In this document: one piece after another, positions 29,770 to 39,284 of the stretch
How positions within the stretch are numbered: position 1 is the first letter of the stretch
How the letters are laid out: every line of letters starts with the position of its first letter
Origin: a virus
Lineage: Duplodnaviria > Heunggongvirae > Uroviricota > Caudoviricetes
IMG/VR virus record: IMGVR_UViG_3300017989_002952
Location: 18,891-82,890 of that record
Length of the DNA stretch: 64,000 nucleotides
Reading direction: 5' to 3' (one strand)
Notes under the pieces: model-generated
What the model was told of the DNA's origin: nothing
The model's input: only the letters and a program-made list of their open reading frames with translations
Databases searched by the model: none
Position numbers and translations under genes: made by a program

Positions 29770-30879
29770 CTAGGAGGTAGCGCTAAGAGCGGCGACGGCT
29801 TCCATCATCTGAGCCGGCACGACCAGGACACGTTCAGCAACACTCTCAAGAATCTTCTTGGCATTGAGATTCGTTTCAAGGGTGCTGAATCGGGTAATGG
29901 CATGGAACAGTTGCCAACTCGTCATCGTCCAAGACTCCACACCTTCAGTGGGATTCTCTTCCGTGATCACGGCGGAGATGGCTTCGCGTCGGGTTTTGCC
30001 GGATTGTTTCTCGATCAGATCCAGAATCTTCATCATGTCTTCTTCTGTGACATGCTCATTGAAGTTGGCCTGGATCATGTCTCCGATATTTCCGGCAAAT
30101 GCTGTCACGTACCCGCCAACCTCGGCCTGCATGGTCGTCTGGGATCCCTCAAGGTGAATCTGACGAAGGGAGCCGAGTTTGTTCGGCGCGCAGAACCGGA
30201 CATCTTGTTGACCATCGTTGAAGGCGAGTCCGAAGGCGATATGCGCAGCGCGGGTTCCATCATAACTGTTGGTGACAATCAACTGTGGATAGATGTCTCC
30301 AACTGTAGGAACGTTGGTCGCACTCTGGATCACAATCTCGTGGCGGATGCTTGCGAGGTTGGGAGCCATGACAGTATTCTCTGACATAATGGGATTTCCA
30401 ACGGCACTGATGGACTCACGAATCCGGTTGATCAGGACTTCATTTCCCTCAAACTTATAATATGGGGAAATGATCCCAACCCATCCAAAAGTTCCGTCGA
30501 TACCGGCCGGTTTGGTGAAGAGGCCAACGGGAGGAACGATCATATCGTCCATCAGGTTTTCACCGGCGCCGCTGCCTGTTTGTAGCAGACGATACAGGAC
30601 CTCGGAGAATTCGTCGGAGTAATGATAGGCACCTTCTTCCCCTACTGGGGTAAGACCCATCACTTCTGCGCGTTCATCAAAACCCTGTCTTGAAGGTGTG
30701 GCTTCTTCCGTGGCGGTGTCGGTACCATCGTCGGGCGAACTCACGTCGTTCGGATCCGTCTCTTCGTTGGTCTCGTCGTTTGGGTCCGTGTTGTTGTCGA
30801 GGTCTCCACTGGTCTCTACAGTTTCCTCAACAGAACCTTCCTGTGTGTCTTGGTCGACCATTTCTTGCAAATCTTCCAT
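29770..30879 (-). CDS. hypothetical protein with acidic low-complexity N-terminus (369 aa), GC-rich island
   Basis: Local GC ~50% versus ~38% for the flanks. Same operon as the SPFH protein. Confidence 0.45.
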   Translation of the reverse strand: MEDLQEMVDQDTQEGSVEETVETSGDLDNNTDPNDETNEETDPNDVSSPDDGTDTATEEATPSRQGFDERAEVMGLTPVGEEGAYHYSDEFSEVLYRLLQTGSGAGENLMDDMIVPPVGLFTKPAGIDGTFGWVGIISPYYKFEGNEVLINRIRESISAVGNPIMSENTVMAPNLASIRHEIVIQSATNVPTVGDIYPQLIVTNSYDGTRAAHIAFGLAFNDGQQDVRFCAPNKLGSLRQIHLEGSQTTMQAEVGGYVTAFAGNIGDMIQANFNEHVTEEDMMKILDLIEKQSGKTRREAISAVITEENPTEGVESWTMTSWQLFHAITRFSTLETNLNAKKILESVAERVLVVPAQMMEAVAALSATS

Positions 30880-30906
30880 CTTTTGATCTCCTTTCGATCG
30901 TTTTTT

Positions 30907-31287
30907 CTATTTTGCTTCTTCGACCGATCCATCAGGACCAGTCTCGGTTTGAATCTTTTCATCTTGACCTGCGGTTTGGATACCGATATTATCAAGTTTA
31001 TCATCAAGGGTTTTGAGTCTATTCTCCGCCTTGAAGAGCTGTGTCTTGATTTTTGTCAGATCTTTAGTTACTTCAACTTCTTCCTGGACTAGCTCCAGGT
31101 TTTCTTTCGCCTTCTTAAGTGCTGCGATTTTGAGTTTCAATTGCGCAGCTTCTTCTTCAGGCGACCTTGGTTCCATCAATTCTTCCTCAACTTTTGCAGT
31201 CAAACGTTTGCCTATAATTTTCCACGCGACGAATACAAAGAGTAGAAAGAGAATGATATAGATTAAGAATTGTGCGAACATTGTCAC
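30907..31287 (-). CDS. small membrane protein, N-terminal TM plus coiled coil (126 aa)
   Basis: Hydrophobic N-terminus FAQFLIYIILFLLFVFVAW, then heptad-like K/E-rich sequence. Confidence 0.45.
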   Translation of the reverse strand: MTMFAQFLIYIILFLLFVFVAWKIIGKRLTAKVEEELMEPRSPEEEAAQLKLKIAALKKAKENLELVQEEVEVTKDLTKIKTQLFKAENRLKTLDDKLDNIGIQTAGQDEKIQTETGPDGSVEEAK

Positions 31288-31330
31288 CTCCGAAGATGTG
31301 GGGACCCCGTAGAGTCCCCACTATGTGTTT

Positions 31331-32653
31331 CTATTTAACACCCTTGACAGACATGTCAAGTTGCAGCTGTTTCGCAACACTGATGTTCATCATGTTCATG
31401 AAACGCTGGAATTCGTCATCCGGATTCTGGGTTCCGCTTTCACCACCACCTGCCATATAAACATTCGGAACCTTCCTTGTGCTATAGGCATCGGCGTAGT
31501 TCTTGTGAATCGCAACCACTGCTTCCAGTTTCTGTTTCAGGGCACCGTCAGCCTGCATGATCAGACGTTTCTTCTCGGCTTTACCTTGACCGAGTAGGAT
31601 GTCTCTCTGTTTCTCTTGCTCAGCAGCTTTCTTCTCCAGTTTTGCAACCTCGAGTTTCTTTGCGGCATGAGTCTCAGCAACTTCCTTGTCTCTCTCGGCC
31701 TGAACCACTGCGGTGGCTTTCTTTTCCAGCTCCAGATATCTCGCCTTGGCGACCTTTGCCTCACCCTGAGCCTCGATGGTCAGCTTGTCCTGCTCGGCTT
31801 CTTGAGCTCTTGCTCGAGAGGTAGCGACAGCCATGAGAGCTTCCTGCTGGGTCGCAATCTGCTCTTTGACCTTCTCGGCATATTCAAAGGCTTTGATTTC
31901 AAAGTTCACCAGTTTGATACCAGTTCCTTCTAGAGGATTCATCTGACGCATGGGCAGTTTGGTATTCGGATCTTCTTTAATCTTCTTAACGGTTCTCGTG
32001 ACTTCCTCACCAGAGATTGGATCCTTGACCTTCTTGGTTTCTTCCTCAGTTTGGTAAATACCATTCTGGATCTGGTCTGCAGCCCAGTACAGAAAATCGG
32101 TTCTTTTCTCAGCATAAGATTCCCTGGCAGACATCAAGTTTGCTGTAAGGCGCAAGGAGTTTCTCACATGAGGGAGAATCAGTTTATTTTGAACATCATT
32201 ATATGTCTTATGACCTCGCTCAGTTACCAACGAAATGGCATCACTCTCAGATGTGGGCATGATATTACGGAGCGTTCCAGAGATATCACAAAGAGAACCG
32301 TCATTGAATCGGACCTCAATGGACTCATCCTTGGCTTCACCCTCATCCACATCCTTGGTGAAGAAGAAAGTCTCAGCGGTAGGCCACACGGTAATGTCAC
32401 CGAAACCCTGCACCCAGAGACCCGGATCCATCTTTGCGGACATTTTACCTGTTACGGCCGCCTGTTTGATCTGATAGGTGCCCTTTTCCACGGTGTCAAA
32501 GATCTTGGGTGAGAGTATCAGACCGATAAGACCGATCACAACCAAAACACCCAAACCAACAAACTTCTTGATGATCTTTTTCTTTGCCAACAACTGGCGT
32601 TCATATTCACTCATTTGACTTTTCCCTTCTTGTTTCCAATTTTCTCCTGCCAT
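31331..32653 (-). CDS. SPFH (band 7 / flotillin-YqiK-like) domain membrane protein
   Basis: N-terminal TM helix, a PGLWVQGFGDITVWP SPFH-core-like block, then a long Ala/Glu/Lys/Gln coiled coil typical of flotillin-like proteins. GC-rich. Confidence 0.55.
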   Translation of the reverse strand: MAGENWKQEGKSQMSEYERQLLAKKKIIKKFVGLGVLVVIGLIGLILSPKIFDTVEKGTYQIKQAAVTGKMSAKMDPGLWVQGFGDITVWPTAETFFFTKDVDEGEAKDESIEVRFNDGSLCDISGTLRNIMPTSESDAISLVTERGHKTYNDVQNKLILPHVRNSLRLTANLMSARESYAEKRTDFLYWAADQIQNGIYQTEEETKKVKDPISGEEVTRTVKKIKEDPNTKLPMRQMNPLEGTGIKLVNFEIKAFEYAEKVKEQIATQQEALMAVATSRARAQEAEQDKLTIEAQGEAKVAKARYLELEKKATAVVQAERDKEVAETHAAKKLEVAKLEKKAAEQEKQRDILLGQGKAEKKRLIMQADGALKQKLEAVVAIHKNYADAYSTRKVPNVYMAGGGESGTQNPDDEFQRFMNMMNISVAKQLQLDMSVKGVK

Positions 32654-32655
32654 TT

Positions 32656-33036
32656 TTAGTATCCTCCTTCACCTCTTATGATTTTGACGTTTTCAGGCAA
32701 GTCAAGGTCATTGAGACCTTGATGGGTTAACATTACTTCCATTGGGTCATCACTCTCATCGCTAACATGCAAAACGTGTACTACACCTCCTTCCTCTATG
32801 ATAGTCTTTGCTGCCTCGTACTGCTCCTTCTCAGATCCCTCGACGTCATCTGGTGTATAACCGTACCAGTCATCCAACCATCTGTCGAGATCCTCCAACG
32901 ACTTAATAGTATTTTCCGAATACCTACTCAAATCGACCTTCATTGTGATTTCAGTAATAAGACTCTGATCACCTGTAGAGCCAATTATAAATGAGGTGCT
33001 AGATGAGTTGGTTACTTCACTCATTCGAAACTTCAT
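32656..33036 (-). CDS. member 2 of MKF[RK]xSEVTNSSSTSF N-terminal-tag family (acidic)
   Basis: Starts MKFRMSEVTNSSSTSF with a GGAGGA RBS. Very acidic C-terminal part. Confidence 0.55.
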   Translation of the reverse strand: MKFRMSEVTNSSSTSFIIGSTGDQSLITEITMKVDLSRYSENTIKSLEDLDRWLDDWYGYTPDDVEGSEKEQYEAAKTIIEEGGVVHVLHVSDESDDPMEVMLTHQGLNDLDLPENVKIIRGEGGY

Positions 33037-33529
33037 GAATAGTCCTCCATAATTCTAGATACTTTTCGTGGTACATCTTTAACCGGTTGATATCCTCCTT
33101 TCTGAGTTTCCGGTCTTTAAATCTTGAAATATCCATATTGTGTTCCAGATCTTTCATTTTGATTCTAACGGCTCTTTCATCTTTCTTTATTCTAATATAA
33201 TACTCCTTAACTGTTTCTCCTTCTCTTCTCGTAAGAGCATCTACTGTATTGATGACTTCAAAAGGTATTCCATAACCAAGTAGCTGCTCTTTCGTCGTCG
33301 GGGTATCTTCCAAAACGTCATGAAGTACTGCAGCCATTTGATCATACGGATCGTCAAAGTGAGACATTACAGTTAAAGGATGAAATATATAAGGTTTCCC
33401 TGATTTGTCCAACTGACGTTCATGAGCAACAGCCGCAATTTTGATAGCAGTTGCTACATGTAAGGAAACACCCTTCTCTTGCCAATTTTCTAGATAGCTT
33501 TCAGCAGTTTCATGCCCTCCCATTATCAA
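33017..33529 (-). CDS. HD-domain hydrolase, Rel/SpoT-type ((p)ppGpp / small alarmone hydrolase-like)
   Basis: HVATAIKIAAVAHERQ...HPLTV...AAVLHDVLEDT reproduces the Rel/SpoT HD signature (H...HD(V/T)(L/I)ED). 170 aa. Confidence 0.55.
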   Translation of the reverse strand: MIMGGHETAESYLENWQEKGVSLHVATAIKIAAVAHERQLDKSGKPYIFHPLTVMSHFDDPYDQMAAVLHDVLEDTPTTKEQLLGYGIPFEVINTVDALTRREGETVKEYYIRIKKDERAVRIKMKDLEHNMDISRFKDRKLRKEDINRLKMYHEKYLELWRTIHEVSNE

Positions 33530-33538
33530 CCTGCCCTC

Positions 33539-34030
33539 CTAAAAGATGAAGACACCATAACCACCAATATCAAGCTCAGAAGGTCTGAATGCAATTGATA
33601 CCATATCTGGTTTTGCAAGTCTAACAATTTCCAACCATAACTGAGCAAAGATGTGTGGTGTAAGTTCGTTCTCTTCCATATATTGTTCTTCTTTGAATGT
33701 GATTCCGAATTCAGCAAGTTTGTCTCTATATTTCTTTTTGATCATATTCTCTTCACTGTCATTACAGACTTTTCGGGAGAAATCAAAACCAATGATTTTA
33801 ACTGCTTCCTTATAAGCCTCTTTGAGTTCTTTGAATGTTAATGAAGAAAAGATAAAGATTTTGTCTGTCAACCCATGCCCGTCATGAGAATCATCACCAA
33901 CAACCAGTGCAATCATATGCAAATCTTCATTGATTACAACTGCCTCTCCAGTTTCCTTACTGATATACTGCGTCATATCACCATCCTTTCCGACACCTTG
34001 TACATCTCCAATGGACATCCGGATCTGCAA
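33539..34030 (-). CDS. hypothetical protein (163 aa)
   Basis: ORF only. Confidence 0.4.
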   Translation of the reverse strand: MQIRMSIGDVQGVGKDGDMTQYISKETGEAVVINEDLHMIALVVGDDSHDGHGLTDKIFIFSSLTFKELKEAYKEAVKIIGFDFSRKVCNDSEENMIKKKYRDKLAEFGITFKEEQYMEENELTPHIFAQLWLEIVRLAKPDMVSIAFRPSELDIGGYGVFIF

Positions 34031-34343
34031 TCATTAACATAATGCAACCACAATTCGGACATGTTATTGGCGGGTCGTATATTGATGGTTTTTTCTTAAA
34101 CCATTTTTTTAACCATTTCATTGTTTCCTCCTGAAAGGGTGGGGGTAGCCGCCATTGTTTAAACAGGATTAGACCCCCGGCTTCTTTCCTCAAAGGACGT
34201 TCTTGTAGTAACAGAATTTTACGCGCAGGACTACAAAGAACTTTTTCTCGCATGGCGGCAGACGAGCGCATGAAAACGCCTGCACAACCTTGGGTAAATG
34301 ACCAACCCGAAGGACCCCAAAACTTAAGCAGCTTCTGCATCAA
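33978..34343 (-). CDS. C-terminal zinc-ribbon protein (CPNCGC...CTRC)
   Basis: Four Cys in CxxC...CxxC arrangement at the C-terminus. Confidence 0.4.
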   Translation of the reverse strand: MMQKLLKFWGPSGWSFTQGCAGVFMRSSAAMREKVLCSPARKILLLQERPLRKEAGGLILFKQWRLPPPFQEETMKWLKKWFKKKPSIYDPPITCPNCGCIMLMIADPDVHWRCTRCRKGW

Positions 34344-34641
34344 TGCTATTTGCTAACTCGTAACAATCCCAACAAAACTTTCTCGGTTTCCCTCTCCCGG
34401 TCCACAACATCCACTTCTTATGGGTGGTTCCACATCTCGGACAGATACATTCAACTGAACGTTTTCTAAATCCATCATCATCTCCGCCTTGATATTTTTT
34501 CCGCGCTTCGGGTTTTAGATAATACTCCTTTGAGCATTGTCTTGAGCAAAACACGGGTCTGTTTGGCGGATTCTTTTTTCCACAGTTGCGACAGAATTCT
34601 AGAACTTCGATCACGTTTTTTCCAACCCGTCTTTTTGGCAC
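34324..34641 (-). CDS. Cys-rich zinc-finger protein (possible transcription regulator)
   Basis: CRNCGKK...FCSRQC...CICPRCG...CWDC, four CxxC pairs in 105 aa. Confidence 0.4.
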   Translation of the reverse strand: MPKRRVGKNVIEVLEFCRNCGKKNPPNRPVFCSRQCSKEYYLKPEARKKYQGGDDDGFRKRSVECICPRCGTTHKKWMLWTGRGKPRKFCWDCYELANSIDAEAA

Positions 34642-35258
34642 TAAGAAACTCTCCTTCCTTTATAACGTAGGTAAATATCACGACCGTCAAATTCGAAGTT
34701 CGGCTCGATATCTATTGTCTCAAATCTCTTTTCCATTCCAAAGAAATGTTCGAACCTCTTCATTGTCCAAATAGAAGCATGCGGGCAACCTGGCTCGTTG
34801 AGAAGCTCAGTTGTTGTTATGATATTTTCAGCTTCGAATTCCTTACTCGCTGGGTCCTCTGCGAGAATTCTTTTTGCTAAATTTTCGTAATCTGGAACGA
34901 TGATGTCAACTTCACCGCTTCCCTTTAAACATGTTGACATCAAGTATATGAAATACAGGACGTCTGTAAATTTAATATGCTCCAAGAATCTGTAGCATAC
35001 AATTTTGTCAAATGTGATTGACGTCCGTTCCATAAACTCAAAAGCGTCCGAATTCACCTTTCGAAAATGCCGGCGATTTTGCTCCTGATTGAAAGGATGA
35101 AAATGATTTTCCCAATGTCTGTGAGCGCTTTCAACATCCTCGGGTGCGCTGGCTTTGTAATACATCGTATCAAGATTAACTACGAAAATGTCCGAGTCCA
35201 GTTCATGTTCCAATGGATATTGAAGTTTACCAGCTGCCAAGTTCAAAATTGTTACCAT
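34641..35258 (-). CDS. hypothetical protein (205 aa)
   Basis: ORF only. Weak ILNLAAGK Gly-loop that is not convincing for a methyltransferase. Confidence 0.35.
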   Translation of the reverse strand: MVTILNLAAGKLQYPLEHELDSDIFVVNLDTMYYKASAPEDVESAHRHWENHFHPFNQEQNRRHFRKVNSDAFEFMERTSITFDKIVCYRFLEHIKFTDVLYFIYLMSTCLKGSGEVDIIVPDYENLAKRILAEDPASKEFEAENIITTTELLNEPGCPHASIWTMKRFEHFFGMEKRFETIDIEPNFEFDGRDIYLRYKGRRVS

Positions 35259-35491
35259 CCATCTTCCTCCTTCTTGGGTGTTTCTACTGGAAATTTACCT
35301 TGGATTCTCCCACAATCCAAGCAGTAATCAAATTCAATATAATCTCCATCACCAATTCCAACATCGCTTTGCACGTAACCGACTTTTTCGTAATCGTCGA
35401 TCACAAACTGGCAGAGGTCGGAACACTTGGCGTTCACCATTGCTATTCTTTCACTTCCACATTCACAAGCCATTATCTGTCCTCCCAACAT
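35252..35491 (-). CDS. small zinc-ribbon protein (79 aa)
   Basis: CECG...C..C...CLDCG. Confidence 0.4.
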   Translation of the reverse strand: MLGGQIMACECGSERIAMVNAKCSDLCQFVIDDYEKVGYVQSDVGIGDGDYIEFDYCLDCGRIQGKFPVETPKKEEDGW

Positions 35492-35856
35492 TCTTCAATA
35501 TGGTATAACTCTCCTGGTTCGACAGACATGTTTGATTGCTCAAACATTTTACAAATTCTTTCTTTGAATTGTTGGAGAGTTTCATCATCTTTCATTTTAA
35601 ACGGAGAAACTCCAATCATGACACGGTCGTCATAAAATTGTTTTGATGCTTCCAAGCCAGCTTTCGACATGATTGTCTCAGCACTCCAGAAAAAGTCACT
35701 GTCTTCTAAGAAGTCTTCTACAGAACCGCCATCTTCCCTCAGTTCAGCAAGGCCTTCACCATACTTATCTCTAAGTTCGTCCATGTCCATTTCAATTCCC
35801 CACACGACAAAGCTGGTGCTTGAGGAATTAGTTACTTCCGTCATCTTAAATTTCAC
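35473..35856 (-). CDS. member 3 of MKF[RK]xSEVTNSSSTSF N-terminal-tag family (acidic)
   Basis: Starts MKFKMTEVTNSSSTSF with an AGGAGG RBS. Confidence 0.55.
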   Translation of the reverse strand: MKFKMTEVTNSSSTSFVVWGIEMDMDELRDKYGEGLAELREDGGSVEDFLEDSDFFWSAETIMSKAGLEASKQFYDDRVMIGVSPFKMKDDETLQQFKERICKMFEQSNMSVEPGELYHIEECWEDR

Positions 35857-35867
35857 TTTAAGCCTCC

Positions 35868-36590
35868 TTATGCAAATTCTAGGACTAGACTCTCTGCGAA
35901 AGGTTTAATATAAAAATCGTAATATCGTTCACGATCAATATCAACAGGATCCATAACTCTTACCATACTTCTTGAAATTTGAGTTTGTCCAAAATGTTTT
36001 AAAAAGATATTACATTTATCATCCGTAACTGGGATGGCATACAAACTCGGATCCTCTGACATAATAATTTCATCTCTGATTTCTTGCAATGTTGTAAAGA
36101 TCTTATATTTATTGGAATTACAGACCTTTATCATTTTCTCAAATAGCTGATCCATAGCAGGATACCTATATGGGATACCTTTAATATTGACAGTCGATTT
36201 ATGAATAGCTATGTAAGTTTTTCTATCTGAGGAAATGAGCATTGCGTCAAAAGATGCTCGATAATCGAGGGGAATATTTAGGTTGGTCTCTCGCAAATGT
36301 CTTGTTACAATAACACCGTCATATTGGCGAATAATCAATTCATCTTCAGTTATTTCGTTTTTCGCCAGATATTCACTAATTGTAGAGTTGGTAATGCCAC
36401 GAATAATGCTTGTTAAACGAGGGTCGTCCCGCATCATAATTCCAATCTGCGTATTTCTCTTGAGTTTATCGTTCTCGTCAATATGAGATAGATCGAAGCC
36501 CAATCGCTTGATTATCTCATAGTGACAAGCAACGATATCATAGAGATGTACATCACGCAGGAGAAGTCGACACGATTTGTTTATCTCCAT
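35868..36590 (-). CDS. hypothetical protein (240 aa)
   Basis: ORF only. Confidence 0.4.
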   Translation of the reverse strand: MEINKSCRLLLRDVHLYDIVACHYEIIKRLGFDLSHIDENDKLKRNTQIGIMMRDDPRLTSIIRGITNSTISEYLAKNEITEDELIIRQYDGVIVTRHLRETNLNIPLDYRASFDAMLISSDRKTYIAIHKSTVNIKGIPYRYPAMDQLFEKMIKVCNSNKYKIFTTLQEIRDEIIMSEDPSLYAIPVTDDKCNIFLKHFGQTQISRSMVRVMDPVDIDRERYYDFYIKPFAESLVLEFA

Positions 36591-36593
36591 TCC

Positions 36594-37319
36594 TTATTCC
36601 TTCAGTGATTCATTTATTGCCTGAGCTTTACACAGAAGAACATAATTTACAAGCTCTTCGTAATCCACCATTGTTAGTGGTCGATGCTCAGACGTAACGA
36701 TTTCGTTAAATCGGTTTTCTGCTGCTTCACACCCTCGTATTGAGTATTTGAGATCGTCGTAATCGTCAACAGAAATCAACTGTGACATCACTTGACCTCT
36801 TTTAGGTTTGTTCCATGGTTGAGAATTCGCTTCTCTGACCATTGCTACCATACCCTTTTGGACACCATCTTCAACCACCTTCTCCGTTGCCTCTTCTTTC
36901 TCTTCTACAGGATCTGGATAATCAGGTGGCTCTGATTTGGTGATTTGTCGATACCATTCTGGGTCTATTCGACTAAATCGAGCCTGGTTAGCTTTCTTGA
37001 TGTTTTCTGACTTCCAATCATCTCCTGTGACCATTACAATCTCTTCTGTAGATTTAATGATGTGTCCAAGATCCTGAAAGGGAGTTGCAGTTTCCATTGG
37101 TTTATCTGTTCTGTTTCGAATTGCCTCGCGCAGATTCACTAGATAACTTTGACCCCAAACCTTCTCAACGGAATCATAATATTGCTTCTCTTGTACCGTC
37201 ATTAGAGGCCAAGTTTTATTTGCTTCCATATCCGTTTCTTTGTATGTGTCACAACCGGCAAGCATAGCTAATGCAAGCGCGATAATCAGTATCACCATAC
37301 TAGCAACCAGATGCTTCAT
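36594..37319 (-). CDS. predicted lipoprotein
   Basis: Signal peptide MKHLVASMVILIIALALAMLAGC with a LAGC lipobox. Confidence 0.5.
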   Translation of the reverse strand: MKHLVASMVILIIALALAMLAGCDTYKETDMEANKTWPLMTVQEKQYYDSVEKVWGQSYLVNLREAIRNRTDKPMETATPFQDLGHIIKSTEEIVMVTGDDWKSENIKKANQARFSRIDPEWYRQITKSEPPDYPDPVEEKEEATEKVVEDGVQKGMVAMVREANSQPWNKPKRGQVMSQLISVDDYDDLKYSIRGCEAAENRFNEIVTSEHRPLTMVDYEELVNYVLLCKAQAINESLKE

Positions 37320-37329
37320 TTTCTCCTCC

Positions 37330-37746
37330 TTACAATCTTATTCGTGATTCTATGAGTTTCTGTCTTACGTCTTGACATACGCTTGCCGATTTTATGTAAT
37401 CGTCAAACCACTTAGTCTTGATTTCAAATTCTGAATTGAATTTATGAACCGTGATATCAGGATTAGCTCTAACTCTAAAACCAACCGCAGTTAATGTGGA
37501 GTTTAATTCACTCAAACCAACAGCTTCTATTGCCTCGTTAGCTGGAGTCGGCGCCAATTTGTTATCCTTCATGACTTTAGCCAACAAAGTGTTTTCAACA
37601 TCGTCCGAGGTATAGGGAATGACGAAATCACAATTATACTGTGGTTCCATATTTTCGTTCATTCTCATTCGAACACCAACGATATAATAAAATCGTTTAT
37701 TTTCTTCCGATTTCAGCGCTTCTAACCATTCCTCTGGTATACCCAT
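37330..37746 (-). CDS. hypothetical protein (138 aa)
   Basis: ORF with GGAGGA RBS. Confidence 0.4.
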   Translation of the reverse strand: MGIPEEWLEALKSEENKRFYYIVGVRMRMNENMEPQYNCDFVIPYTSDDVENTLLAKVMKDNKLAPTPANEAIEAVGLSELNSTLTAVGFRVRANPDITVHKFNSEFEIKTKWFDDYIKSASVCQDVRQKLIESRIRL

Positions 37747-37805
37747 ATTGTCCTCCTACGGAAAAACTGGAGGGCGCATGGGAAGAACGCCCTCCAGTAT
37801 CCATC

Positions 37806-38546
37806 CTAGCTTACTAGAAAGATTATCACATCGTCTATTTGAAGAAGATGATTGACGTCTTGGACGTCCGGAATCTTTGTAGCAAACCAAGCAACCGCAG
37901 ACGAAGCAGTTGTGATTTCTGAAATACTCTTGGTGATCTGTTTATACTGGAGCTGGAGTGCTTCTGTGTCCACCTGCTCCGCAAGTTTGGCGTTTATCTG
38001 AGTTAGATTTGGATCAATGTTGTTAATACCTTCATTTTTCCTCTTCATTTTCTCTTTTGCATAGGGAACCAATACTCCGTTTATGTCAACACAGAATACA
38101 TTGATTAACCCAGTCTTTACACCATAACTCTTGATAAACTTACCGTCCCCAAGATCATAAATGATTCGGAAACTGTTGTTTTTGTAGACAGTCATATCCG
38201 AACCGGGGAGATTCAACACCGGAATCTTGTCCGCGTCTTCGAATAATCGGAGCCGCTTTTTTGGTCTTCCATCCTCAAACTTTTCTCCCCTTGGATCTGG
38301 AATCTTGAAGATTAAATCCTGACGAGGATCTACGTCTGAGATCGATACACGAACATGACCAATATGCTCAAACCTAGAATGGTTTTCATCAAACCAATCC
38401 GGAAATGCAGCGACTCCAATGTCGAATCTTTCACCAGCAGGTTGAGCAACAGTTTCTTGTTCAGGTTCCTGTGGCAGTTCTGTGCCGGTTGGAAGCGAAC
38501 CAGGATGCTCAGTCTGGTCGATCATTGAAGTGAGATTGTCATTCAT
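37806..38546 (-). CDS. hypothetical protein (246 aa)
   Basis: ORF only. Confidence 0.4.
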   Translation of the reverse strand: MNDNLTSMIDQTEHPGSLPTGTELPQEPEQETVAQPAGERFDIGVAAFPDWFDENHSRFEHIGHVRVSISDVDPRQDLIFKIPDPRGEKFEDGRPKKRLRLFEDADKIPVLNLPGSDMTVYKNNSFRIIYDLGDGKFIKSYGVKTGLINVFCVDINGVLVPYAKEKMKRKNEGINNIDPNLTQINAKLAEQVDTEALQLQYKQITKSISEITTASSAVAWFATKIPDVQDVNHLLQIDDVIIFLVS

Positions 38547-38610
38547 AAACTCGATCTCCTTTCATAAAGGTTTCTATTCTTTAATATGTTCACGAAAAGT
38601 CGGAAAGTTT

Positions 38611-38934
38611 CTAATATTGACCATCAACAGGTGATGCCGAGAAACGTTTCTTCCCCTCGTTCACATATACAACTTTGAAAGAGTTTCCCTCGATCATGAA
38701 CCGTGTACCAACTTGCGGGAGTCCAGTTTTCTTGTCAAACTCAGCAGGTGGTGTTTTGGAAACGGTCAGATCGCCTTTCGCTGTAACAGGGAGTTTATGA
38801 AAAACCTCTCTTGCTTTTGATACAGCAAGATCTTGCACCTCTTGAGGCGCATCTTTTAGCTTTACCACTTCTGGTTCTTCAGTGGTAGTTTTTTCTTCTT
38901 CAGTCATTACTGTTTTTCCTCCTGTTCTAACCAT
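38611..38934 (-). CDS. hypothetical protein (107 aa)
   Basis: ORF with GGAGG RBS. Confidence 0.35.
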   Translation of the reverse strand: MVRTGGKTVMTEEEKTTTEEPEVVKLKDAPQEVQDLAVSKAREVFHKLPVTAKGDLTVSKTPPAEFDKKTGLPQVGTRFMIEGNSFKVVYVNEGKKRFSASPVDGQY

Positions 38935-39284
38935 TTAGGGTTGATACCCTCTTCCCGCCAGCGACTTGGGTCGACGGATAGATAGGCTTCCAATGCGGCA
39001 CCTGCCAGAGCAAACACTTTAATCAGTTCTTCGTATGCTCCGACAGGTCCTGGTTTACCGCCAGTTGATTCTTTACACCCGATCAACCAAGGCGGTAAAT
39101 CTCTATCCCATTTCTCGACATAACTTTGCTTAGCTTTTTCAACATAACGCTCGATAAAGGCTAAGAAGCTGGCGAGGTTAAGATCCGGGTCATTTCGGTA
39201 GTCCCCGAATACTGTTTTTTGGTACTGACGCTCTTTGACGTAAAGGTCAATGAGTGTTTGTTTATCCATCCTAAATTCCTCCAC
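38907..39284 (-). CDS. hypothetical protein (125 aa)
   Basis: ORF only. Confidence 0.35.
   Translation of the reverse strand: MEEFRMDKQTLIDLYVKERQYQKTVFGDYRNDPDLNLASFLAFIERYVEKAKQSYVEKWDRDLPPWLIGCKESTGGKPGPVGAYEELIKVFALAGAALEAYLSVDPSRWREEGINPKWLEQEEKQ

Noticed and set aside
34641-35258. Possible SAM-dependent methyltransferase (ILNLAAGK, DIIVPDY).
   Set aside because: It has only one Gly in the putative motif I and no DPPY/NPPY motif. Too weak to call.
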